Shown: positions 34,471-41,696 of the stretch, in pieces
Layout: every line of letters starts with the position of its first letter
Numbering within the stretch: position 1 is the first letter of the stretch
Assembly: GCA_030037695.1 (NCBI GenBank)
Contig: JASHQF010000040.1
Location: forward strand, 1 to 41,696
Source: Thermoplasmata archaeon
Lineage (GTDB): Archaea; Thermoplasmatota; Thermoplasmata; Lutacidiplasmatales; UBA184
Direction of reading: 5' to 3'
DNA: 41,696 nt
The notes under the pieces: model-generated
Databases searched by the model: none
The model's input: only the letters and a program-made list of their open reading frames with translations
What the model was told of the DNA's origin: nothing
Program-made: the position numbers and the translations under genes

Positions 34471-35214
34471 TCACGCCGCGCGGGCGGCCCGCAGGACGCC
34501 GAGCCGCTGCGCCAGCTCGGGGAGGTCGCGGGTCACGGCCGAAGCGCCCGCGGCGAGGAACCGCTCGGCGGAGCTCCCCGCGTCGCGGCCCTCGCCGGGG
34601 TCCGGGAGGACGGCGTAGAAGCGGACCCGGGAGCGGGCCGCACATTCCGCGTCGATGAGGTGGTCTCCCACGTACAGGGCCCGGTCCAGCGGGACGCCCA
34701 TCTCGTGGAGGAGGGAGAGGAGCGCCTCGGGGGACGGCTTCGCCGGACCGGGCGAACTGCGACTCCTGAGGTACGCGAAATAGCCGTCCAGGCCCGTGGC
34801 GCGCAGCGCCGCCCGCGCGAACGACTCCGAGCTCCGCGTGAGCAAGCCCGTGCGGAACCCGCGGCGCACGAGCTCCGCGAGGAGCTCCGGGGCGCCGGGC
34901 CGGGCCACGGTCCGCGGGAGCGCCTCCATCTCGATCGCGTCGATCGCCCGCGTGTACTCCGCCTCGAACCGCCAGATCTGGCCGTCGGGGGCCCCCGCGA
35001 CGCGAAGGTCCTCCCGGGCCCCTTCCACGATGCGGTGGATCGGAAGGTCGAGCGTGAGCCGCCCGGGCGCCACGCCGTGCCGCTCGGCGAGGCGGATCAC
35101 CTCGGCGCGCATCCGGCGGAAATCGTGGCGCGAGAGGACGAGGGTCCCGTCGAGATCGAAGACGATCCCGAGGAACGACTCGAGGTAGGCGGGTTCGGTG
35201 GTCCGGGCCGTCAC
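34471..35214 (-). CDS. HAD-superfamily hydrolase (phosphatase, PGP-like)
   Basis: Motif I is IVFDLDGTLV, motif II is GLLTRS and motif III/IV is YVGDHLIDAECA. Confidence 0.8.
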   Translation of the reverse strand: MTARTTEPAYLESFLGIVFDLDGTLVLSRHDFRRMRAEVIRLAERHGVAPGRLTLDLPIHRIVEGAREDLRVAGAPDGQIWRFEAEYTRAIDAIEMEALPRTVARPGAPELLAELVRRGFRTGLLTRSSESFARAALRATGLDGYFAYLRSRSSPGPAKPSPEALLSLLHEMGVPLDRALYVGDHLIDAECAARSRVRFYAVLPDPGEGRDAGSSAERFLAAGASAVTRDLPELAQRLGVLRAARAA

Positions 35215-35285
35215 GGTAGGGCCCCCGTCCCCCGTGCGGGGGGACCCCCGTTAAGAGTTTGCCTCGAGCGGAAGTCGGCCCCGGC

Positions 35286-35576
35286 TCACGGGCCCTGGTG
35301 GTAGGCGAGCCCGAACCAGGTCCCCTGCGCCCGATCGAACGTCGTGCCGCACTGGTAGCAGAAGAAGACCCGGGCGGGCGGCTCCTTGGGCTCGAACTCC
35401 ATCGCCCGGCCGCACACCGGGCAGGCGAGCTGGGTCCCGATCTCGCCGAGGCCGTGCCAGAGGTCGCGCCGGCGATCGAAGACGACCCCGTCGAGGGCGC
35501 AGACGAAGATCGGGTACGGCACGTCCGGGGAGGCGGGGCCGACCATCGGACGCGCGCAGCGGGGGCAGAACACCAC
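35286..35576 (-). CDS. small double zinc-ribbon protein
   Basis: 96 aa with CPRC...C, CPVCG and CYQCG. GTG start lies 28 nt downstream of the methyltransferase stop. Confidence 0.45.
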   Translation of the reverse strand: MVFCPRCARPMVGPASPDVPYPIFVCALDGVVFDRRRDLWHGLGEIGTQLACPVCGRAMEFEPKEPPARVFFCYQCGTTFDRAQGTWFGLAYHQGP

Positions 35577-35604
35577 CGACCCGAGCGCCCGTCCCGCGAA
35601 GAGC

Positions 35605-37107
35605 CTAGCGGCGGCGGAGGGTCACGACCGATTCCCGTAGCTCGAAGCTGCGCCGCTGGCCGCTCCGTCGCCGGCGCGCCACGTCGACCGCCTCGATCTC
35701 GAGGCCGAGCCGGGCCCCGATCCGGGCGAGCAGGAGATCGCCCGGGACGTACGTGCCCGCGAGCAGGGAGTCCCCCAGGACGATCACGAGCCGACCTCCG
35801 GTCGAGAGCGCGTCGCGCAGGCGGGCGAGCACCGGCAGGAGATCGTCGAAGTACTTGCGCACGACCGCGTGCATGTCGTCCCGGCGGTACGTCCCCTTGC
35901 GTCGGACGTTGTCGCGGATCCGCGAGAGGATCGTCCCGAGCCACGGGTCCGGCGCGCCGGCGAGGCCGAGATGCGCCGCCGTCTCCGAGCGGGGGAGGTT
36001 GTCGCAGGCGACCTCAACCCGGCGGAGCGCCGCCAGGTCGGCGTACGAGTGCGCGTAGCCGAGCCAGGCGAGGTCGAGCTTGTAGTTCATGACGTAGTCC
36101 ATCCCGTTGACGTACGGCGGGCTGGTCACGACCAGATCGACCGACCCGGGGGGCAGCTCGAGCGAGCGGGCGTCCTGGGCGATCAGGCGGGCGGGGGGAC
36201 CCCACCGCGCGCGGTCCGCGCCGAGTGTCCGCAGGTCGTCCCGCATCTCCCCGATCCGCCGCTCGAACCGCGCGATCGGGGCGATCGTCTCCGCCGGCGG
36301 GCCCCTCGCGTAGCCGAGGCAGGGGGACCGGTGGAGGCGGCTCGAGGGGATCAGGATCCCCCCGAAGGCGACGCGGACCGCCTCGGCGACCGGGGTCCCC
36401 TCGGGGGGGAGCGCCCGCCGGAGGCGGAGCAAGCCGCGCAGGGCCCGGGGGTCGAACTGCTGCGCGGTCCGGTGGAGGAACGGCGCGGGGTCCGCGGGGC
36501 CGCGCTCGGCCGCCCGGATCGTGCGGCGCGCGGCGGACACGAGCGCCGTCGGAGAGAGCTCGAAACGGCTCTTGACCCGAGCGGCGAGGAGCGCCGGCGG
36601 GAGGATCTCCACGCCGATCGCGCGGGCCCCGGCCCGGCGCGCTTCGACGACCGTTGTCCCGCTGCCGGCGAACGGGTCGAGCACGGTCCGCCCGCGGATC
36701 TCCCCCCCGTGGACGAGCACGCCGCGGACGAACTCGGCCGAGAAGCCTTGGACGTACGGCCACCAGCGATGGACGGGCTCGGTCTCGTTCGACCGGAACG
36801 TGATCGGTCCGTCCCAACGACCGAGCCGAACGCCGTTCTCCCGGAGGAACCGCTGCTCGTACGTGCCGGGGCCCTCGAAGTCGTCCCGCCCGACGAGATC
36901 CTCGTAGGCCCGCAGCATCCACAGGCCCCGCCCCACCCGAAGGACCTCCCCGCGGACCGCGAGCTCGTCCAGGGCGGCCTCGATCGGTCCCGGCGCGGAC
37001 GCTAGTCGCGTGGCGAGCTGTCGGGCGGTAGCGCCGAGGGCGCCGCTCTCCACGAGCGCGCGGCGGAGCGCGACCGGGAACGCGCCGGATCCGGAACGGC
37101 TAGGCAT
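35605..37107 (-). CDS. Site-specific DNA methyltransferase (N6-adenine/N4-cytosine class) with N-terminal winged-helix domain
   Basis: The AdoMet motif I is VLDPFAGSGTTVVEARRAGARAIGVEI and the catalytic motif IV is VVTSPPYVNGMDY, about 180 aa downstream (order I -> IV). The N-terminal ARQLATRL...LDELAVRGEVLRVGRGLW is wHTH-like. Start at ATG 37105-37107. Confidence 0.7.
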   Translation of the reverse strand: MPSRSGSGAFPVALRRALVESGALGATARQLATRLASAPGPIEAALDELAVRGEVLRVGRGLWMLRAYEDLVGRDDFEGPGTYEQRFLRENGVRLGRWDGPITFRSNETEPVHRWWPYVQGFSAEFVRGVLVHGGEIRGRTVLDPFAGSGTTVVEARRAGARAIGVEILPPALLAARVKSRFELSPTALVSAARRTIRAAERGPADPAPFLHRTAQQFDPRALRGLLRLRRALPPEGTPVAEAVRVAFGGILIPSSRLHRSPCLGYARGPPAETIAPIARFERRIGEMRDDLRTLGADRARWGPPARLIAQDARSLELPPGSVDLVVTSPPYVNGMDYVMNYKLDLAWLGYAHSYADLAALRRVEVACDNLPRSETAAHLGLAGAPDPWLGTILSRIRDNVRRKGTYRRDDMHAVVRKYFDDLLPVLARLRDALSTGGRLVIVLGDSLLAGTYVPGDLLLARIGARLGLEIEAVDVARRRRSGQRRSFELRESVVTLRRR

Positions 37108-38008
37108 GCGGAGTGCCTCCCGGCGGCCCCGAGGGCTTGTCCACCGCACGGGCGGGGAGCGCCGGGCGGGCGAGATGCCCCCGGACCCTCGCGCGTTCCC
37201 CCCGCCGGCGGGCCCGGAGGCGGCGGGCGACCGCCGAGGCCTCGAGCCCGGGCGGCAGGGTCGCGAGCGCCACGTCGAGGTCGTGGATCCGGCCGAGCCG
37301 GTCCTGAAGCCCCTTCATCCCGTCCGATCGTGCCCGATGCCCGGGAGAGCCGAGCGCCCCGGCGAGGCTCGTGAGCTGGCGATGCTGGCGGATCCGGATC
37401 CGCAACCGATGCAGCCGATCCGGGGTCGGGGTCTTCTGCGCGCGTCGCAGCGCCTTGCGCAGCTTGCGCTCGAACGCGGCCGCTTCCCGCTCCCAGCCGC
37501 GAGGGACCTCCGCGCTCGCTCCCCGACGGAGCGGCCGCGCGAGGGCGTCGCGGGCTTGCCCGAGCGCGCCGGCCCCCCGCGCGGTGTGAAGGTAGGCCTT
37601 CAGGAGCTCGCGCGCGGTTCGGGCGTCGTCGCGCATTCGGGCGAGGAATCGCTCCAGCCGTCGCCGCTCCCCGGCCGGGGCGGCCCGAGGGAGCTCCGAC
37701 ACCAGGAGCGCGGCGGTCACGTCCCGGTCGCGCACGCGGCCGACGAGGCGTGCGAGACGGCGCAGCCGCTTCACGACCGGTCGGGTCCGCGTCGCGTCCA
37801 CGGGGGGAAGGAACCTCGCGAAGATCCCGAGGGAGATCGCCAGTCGGCGCATGTCACGGTGCAGGTCGTGGAGCAGGGCCGGGCTCGGGTGCGCCTCGTG
37901 GATCGTCCGGCCCACGAGCTCCTCGACCCGATCGACGAGCCCCTCGACCTCCTGGCGGACCCGCAGGGAAGCGACGGGCCGCGGGGGGGCCCGGGGCGCC
38001 GCGGGCAT
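37100..38008 (-). CDS. CHAD-domain protein (polyphosphate-associated)
   Basis: All-helical and Arg/His-rich, with repeated CHAD signatures LHDLHRDMRRL, VGRVRDRDV, LHRLRIRIRQHR and LGRIHDLDV. Start at ATG 38006-38008. The stop overlaps the methyltransferase ATG by 8 nt. Confidence 0.75.
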   Translation of the reverse strand: MPAAPRAPPRPVASLRVRQEVEGLVDRVEELVGRTIHEAHPSPALLHDLHRDMRRLAISLGIFARFLPPVDATRTRPVVKRLRRLARLVGRVRDRDVTAALLVSELPRAAPAGERRRLERFLARMRDDARTARELLKAYLHTARGAGALGQARDALARPLRRGASAEVPRGWEREAAAFERKLRKALRRAQKTPTPDRLHRLRIRIRQHRQLTSLAGALGSPGHRARSDGMKGLQDRLGRIHDLDVALATLPPGLEASAVARRLRARRRGERARVRGHLARPALPARAVDKPSGPPGGTPHA

Positions 38009-38083
38009 CGAACCCCCTCCCACCCGAGCCGGCAGGTAAGCGATTCGGTCCGCCGCCTCGCCCGAGACGGCCCGGGCGAACGG

Positions 38084-38090
38084 GTTTATC
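38084..38090 (+). promoter_or_regulatory. TATA-like GTTTATC for the ppx operon
   Basis: Lies 20 nt upstream of GTG 38111, in the 102-nt divergent CHAD/ppx intergenic region. Confidence 0.35.
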
Positions 38091-38110
38091 CCCGACGCCG
38101 CTCCGGCATC

Positions 38111-39667
38111 GTGGCCCGCCGCGCCGTCCCGGCCCCGGCCGTCCGGGTCCGCTCCTCCGCCGCACCCAGTACGATCGGCGTGATCGATCTCGGGTCGAAC
38201 ACCGCGCGGTGCGTCGTCTTCGAGACGTCACGGGCGCGCACCGTCCGGGCGGTCTTCGAGACGAAGGAGGCGCCCCGGCTCGGTCTGGACACACGCTCCG
38301 ACGGCGCCCTCGCGCCGGCCGCGGTCGCCCGAGGGCTGAGCGCGATGCGGAAGTTCTCCCGCACCTTGCGCGTGCTCGGCGTCCCCCGCACGATCGGGGT
38401 CGCGACGAGCGCCGTGCGGGACGCGCCGAACGGGCCCGCCTTCGTCCGTCGCGTGGCTACGGCGACCGGGGTCTCGCTCCGGATCCTGTCCGGGGCGGAG
38501 GAGGCGCGGTACGCCTACCTCGGGGTCGCCGGATGGAGCGAGCTCGGGGACGACCTCGTCTGCGATCTCGGCGGAGGCTCGCTCCAGCTGATCGCCATAC
38601 GCCACCGGGTCGCCGACGGCTCGGTCAGCCTGCCGCTCGGATCGCTGCGGCTCTCCCGGCGGTTCCTCGATCACGACCCGCCGAAGCGACGGGAGCTCGA
38701 TCGGCTGCGAGCGCACGTACGTCGCACCGTCCGCGACGCCGTCGAGGCCCTCGGAGGCCGGGCGGACCGGTTGTTCGGCGTCGGCGGGACGGTGCGGGCG
38801 CTCGCGCGGGCCTCGATCGAGCTGCGGGGGTTCCCGGTGCGGCGGGTCCACGGCTACCGGCTCTACGGCCACGACCTCGAGGCCCTCGACGAGCTCCTCG
38901 GCCCGATGCCGGCGGCGAAGCGCCGCTCGGTCCCGGGGATCGGGGGGGACCGGGCCGACGTCGTCCTCGCCGGCCTCGTGGTGCTCGAGGAACTCATGCG
39001 GGCGGTCGGCACCGACGCTACCGTCGTCTCGGGGGCCGGTATCCGCGAGGGGATCGCCCTCGAGGCGATCGGGGCCTCCCTGCCGGCCGCGGCGGAGGAG
39101 CTCGTCGAGCGGTCGGTGACCGCCGCGGCCGAGGCGCTCTCGTTCCGTCGGGACCACGGCCGGACCGTCGCGGAGGCGGCCCTGGCGCTGTTCGACCTCT
39201 TGCGGCCGCAGCACGGATGGGGCCGCAGCGAGCGGCTCGCCCTACGGGCGGCCGGAGGGATGCACGATGCCGGGATCGCGGTCGACCTGTGGAACCACGC
39301 GCAACACTCGTCGTACCTGCTCCAGAACTACCCGGTCGCCGGGCTCGATCCGCGCGAGGTCGTGCTCGCCGCCATGGCCGCGTACCTCCACGAGGGCGGC
39401 GAACCCCCGTCGGACTGGAAGCGCCGGTACCTCCCCGTCCTCGTACCCGCGGACCTCGAGGTCGCCGTCCAGCTCGGGGCGATCCTCCAGCTCGCCGAGC
39501 TGGTCGGCGGGGCCCGTCCGCGGTTCCGGCTCCGGCGGGGGGGTCGCACGCTGTCGGTGGGCTTTTCTGCGGGGTCGGGCTCGGCGCCGTCCTCGCGATG
39601 GCTGGAGAAGGCGCGCAAGCCGATGGAGCGGGTCTTCGACCTCGAGGTGGTCCCGCGTGAACGCTGA
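38111..39667 (+). CDS. ppx: Exopolyphosphatase, Ppx/GppA family
   Basis: The ASKHA phosphate loops IGVIDLGSNTARCVVFE, GVATSAVRDAPNG, ILSGAEEARYAYLGV, DLGGGSLQL and GVGGTVRALA are present, followed by an HD-like helical C-domain. GTG 38111 is in frame with track ORF 37010. Confidence 0.9.
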   Translation: MARRAVPAPAVRVRSSAAPSTIGVIDLGSNTARCVVFETSRARTVRAVFETKEAPRLGLDTRSDGALAPAAVARGLSAMRKFSRTLRVLGVPRTIGVATSAVRDAPNGPAFVRRVATATGVSLRILSGAEEARYAYLGVAGWSELGDDLVCDLGGGSLQLIAIRHRVADGSVSLPLGSLRLSRRFLDHDPPKRRELDRLRAHVRRTVRDAVEALGGRADRLFGVGGTVRALARASIELRGFPVRRVHGYRLYGHDLEALDELLGPMPAAKRRSVPGIGGDRADVVLAGLVVLEELMRAVGTDATVVSGAGIREGIALEAIGASLPAAAEELVERSVTAAAEALSFRRDHGRTVAEAALALFDLLRPQHGWGRSERLALRAAGGMHDAGIAVDLWNHAQHSSYLLQNYPVAGLDPREVVLAAMAAYLHEGGEPPSDWKRRYLPVLVPADLEVAVQLGAILQLAELVGGARPRFRLRRGGRTLSVGFSAGSGSAPSSRWLEKARKPMERVFDLEVVPRER

Positions 39668-40358
39668 GCGCCCGAGCCCGTTCCACGGCTACCCCGGCCG
39701 GCTCCTCGTCTTCGAGGGGCTGGACGGCAGCGGTAAGTCGACGCAGGCGGCGCTGCTCGGCAAGTGGCTCTCCGCGCAGGGCTACCGGGTCTTCTTCACG
39801 GAGTGGAACTCCTCCGACCTCGTCTCGAGCGTGATCCGGCGTGGGAAGAAGAAGGGCCTCCTGACCCCCACGACCTTCAGCCTCCTCCACGCCACCGACT
39901 TCGCCGACCGGTTCGAGCGGAAGATCCTGCCGCCGCTCCGAGCGGGGTACCTCGTCGTCTGCGATCGGTACGCCCACACCGCGTTCGTCCGGGACGCCGC
40001 GCGAGGGTGCGATCCGGACTGGGTGCGCACGATCTACTCGTTCGCTCCGCGGCCCGACCGCGCGTTCTACTTCCGGGTCCCGGTCTCGGTGACGCTCCGC
40101 CGCAAGCTCGCTTCCCGCCTCAAGATCAACTACTACGAGGCCGGCATGGACCTCGGCCTCGCCGACTCCGTCGAGGAGAGCTACGAACGGTTCCAGAGCC
40201 GGCTCAAGCGCGAGTACGACCGGATCGCCGAGGTCGACCGGTTCGCGGTCGTCGATGCCATCCGGCCGGTCGAGGCGGTCCAGGCGGAGCTCCGCGCGAA
40301 CCTCCAACCGCTGCTCGCGAACTTCCCCACCGGGGCGGACCTGATGCATGACGGCTAG
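39657..40358 (+). CDS. Thymidylate-kinase-like P-loop kinase, paralog 1 (candidate polyP kinase subunit)
   Basis: LLVFEGLDGSGKSTQ (Walker A), LLHATDFADR and VVCDRYAHTAF (DRY/H motif) are present, plus an extra segment INYYEAGMDLGLADSVEESYERF. GTG 39657 overlaps the ppx 3' end by 11 nt. Confidence 0.8.
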   Translation: MNAERPSPFHGYPGRLLVFEGLDGSGKSTQAALLGKWLSAQGYRVFFTEWNSSDLVSSVIRRGKKKGLLTPTTFSLLHATDFADRFERKILPPLRAGYLVVCDRYAHTAFVRDAARGCDPDWVRTIYSFAPRPDRAFYFRVPVSVTLRRKLASRLKINYYEAGMDLGLADSVEESYERFQSRLKREYDRIAEVDRFAVVDAIRPVEAVQAELRANLQPLLANFPTGADLMHDG

Positions 40359-41109
40359 GACGTACGGTACCGGGCTGCCGGGGATGCCGCAGGGCACGCT
40401 CGGCGGCAAGCTGATCGTGATCGAGGGGGCCGACGGCTCCGGGCGGACCACCGAGGTCGCCCTCCTCAAGGACGCGCTCGAGGTCGAGGGCCACGCGGTC
40501 GTCGACACCGGTCTGCGTCGCTCCGACCTCGTCAGCGCGGAGATCGACCGGGCGAAGCAGGGGCACACGCTCGGGGCGACGACGATGGCGCTCCTCTACG
40601 CGGTCGACTTCGCCGACCAGCTCGAGAACAAGATGATCCCCGCGCTCGCGGCGGGGAGCACGGTCCTCGCGGACCGGTACATCTACACGCTGATGGCGCG
40701 GGCGATCGTCCGGGGCGCGTCCCGGGAGTACGCCCGGGAGCTGTACGGCTTCGCGCTGCAGCCGGATCTGGTCGTGTTCCTCGACGCCCGGCCCGAGATC
40801 CTGCTCCACCGCGCGATCGGCAAGTACGGGAGCCTCGACTTCTGGGAATCCGGCATGGACCTGTCGCTCTCCCGCGACCTGTTCGAGAGCTTCTTCCTCT
40901 ACCAGGCCCGGCTCTCGCGGGAGTTCGACTGGATGCGCGAGGAGTACGCCTTCCACCGCGTCGACGCGAACCGGGGACCCGAGCTCGTCCACGAGGAGGT
41001 GCGGCGGCTGGTCGCGCCCCTGTACGGGATGAAACCCCCGCCCCGGCCCGTCGGGCGGGAGCCGCGGCCTACGGGCGACCGCGCTCGTCGGCGAGCTGCT
41101 TCCTCGTAA
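40348..41109 (+). CDS. Thymidylate-kinase-like paralog 2 with Walker A Lys->Arg (candidate non-canonical/regulatory subunit)
   Basis: LIVIEGADGSGRTTE, LLYAVDFADQ and VLADRYIYTLMA are present, with the same extra segment LDFWESGMDLSLSRDLFESFF. The ATG overlaps paralog 1 by 11 nt. Confidence 0.75.
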   Translation: MTARTYGTGLPGMPQGTLGGKLIVIEGADGSGRTTEVALLKDALEVEGHAVVDTGLRRSDLVSAEIDRAKQGHTLGATTMALLYAVDFADQLENKMIPALAAGSTVLADRYIYTLMARAIVRGASREYARELYGFALQPDLVVFLDARPEILLHRAIGKYGSLDFWESGMDLSLSRDLFESFFLYQARLSREFDWMREEYAFHRVDANRGPELVHEEVRRLVAPLYGMKPPPRPVGREPRPTGDRARRRAASS

Positions 41110-41608
41110 GCAGCCAGACGAGCCGACCGGCGCCCGGCTTCACGCCGTCGGGGAACTCGAGGCACGCCGCCCCGCCCTTCGTGAAGTGGACGGCCGAGAT
41201 CCCGTCGCCCGCGATCGCCATGCCGACGAACTCCGCGAGCGTGGGCTCGTGGCCGACCAGCATCACCCCACCGCTCGGGGTCAGTCGACGCAGCCGCTCG
41301 AAGATCGGCTCGGGAAGTCCTCCGGGGGCGAGCTCGGGCCACGTCTCGAGCCGGGGCGTCGGGGCCAGGGTCTCGCGCACGATGCGGGCCGTGGCGAGGG
41401 CCCGCTCGGCCTCGCTCGTCGCCATCCGGCGCACCGGCGTCGCGACCCGGGCGAGACCTTTCGCGGCCCGCCGGGTCTGGCTCTGCCCCTTCGAGGTGAG
41501 GGGCCGTCGGTCGTCGTCGGGCCAGCGCACCGGGTCCCGGTCCTCCGCGGGGCCGTGCCGGACCAGGGTGACCCTCACGTTGCGAACCTTGCGGGCGGGG
41601 GCAGACAT
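41069..41608 (-). CDS. sixA: SixA-like phosphohistidine phosphatase (histidine phosphatase superfamily, branch 1)
   Basis: VTLVRHGPAE (RHG motif), RPLTSKG, and LVGHEPTL (the second catalytic His) are present. 179 aa. Overlaps the convergent Tmk-like paralog 2 by 41 nt. Confidence 0.8.
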   Translation of the reverse strand: MSAPARKVRNVRVTLVRHGPAEDRDPVRWPDDDRRPLTSKGQSQTRRAAKGLARVATPVRRMATSEAERALATARIVRETLAPTPRLETWPELAPGGLPEPIFERLRRLTPSGGVMLVGHEPTLAEFVGMAIAGDGISAVHFTKGGAACLEFPDGVKPGAGRLVWLLTRKQLADERGRP

Positions 41609-41696
41609 CGAGGCTCCGAGGGGGGGTCCCGATGGACTTCTCCCCTTAAAGGGTGCTGTCCGTAGGAGTGCGTAATCTCCGTAGCGAGGCGACCGT

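Noticed and set aside
1-41696. CRISPR arrays, tRNA/rRNA genes, IS elements/transposases, prophage or toxin-antitoxin modules
   Set aside because: No spaced direct repeats, no cloverleaf-capable non-coding segments and no transposase- or integrase-like translations were found. The only mobile element seen is the atpA intein.

Overview
This is a 41.7-kb, roughly 70 % GC window that is almost entirely coding. All calls come from reading the translations for motifs; no database search was run.

The gene content is archaeal: A1AO ATP synthase, an Sm-L37e pair, an S15-RecJ/GAN-like pair, a crenarchaeal-type OB-fold SSB and an archaeal/eukaryal-type TrpRS. AT-rich TTAA(A/G)NA-like boxes sit 20-28 nt upstream of first-gene start codons, which suggests mostly leaderless transcripts. 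Internal operon genes are coupled by GGAGG sites or by overlapping stop/start codons. The presence of gyrA suggests a euryarchaeal or Thermoplasmatota-like host, but that is inference only.

Contents in order:
- ATP synthase operon atpF-A-B-D-(43-aa ORF)-H-I, with a 459-aa LAGLIDADG intein in the atpA P-loop
- ferredoxin, SRPBCC and DUF72 genes
- a translationally coupled RadB-like / small protein / family-B polymerase operon
- GNAT, an unknown 423-aa protein, an M29-like protein and Mpg glycosylase
- L37e-Sm, a P-loop kinase and DHPS
- rps15-recJ-like-gyrA-Zn-ribbon
- TrpRS, a TPR protein, SSB and a Trx-fold/RAM fusion
- carAB, a TrxR-like protein and a HAD hydrolase
- Zn-ribbon / DNA methyltransferase / CHAD
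- ppx followed by two thymidylate-kinase-like paralogs, then SixA

No rRNA, tRNA, CRISPR array or transposon was seen.

Most interesting observations:
1. CHAD <-> ppx-Tmk-like-Tmk-like looks like a polyphosphate module with a Tmk-derived (PPK3-type) heteromeric kinase.
2. A RadB paralog without Walker A/B is coupled to an accessory PolB with degenerate exonuclease and polymerase motifs.
3. An in-frame TGA cuts atpA 29 codons before a conserved-looking C-terminus that would end on the atpB start codon.

The many long R/P/G-rich ORFs in the track are high-GC artefacts and were rejected.
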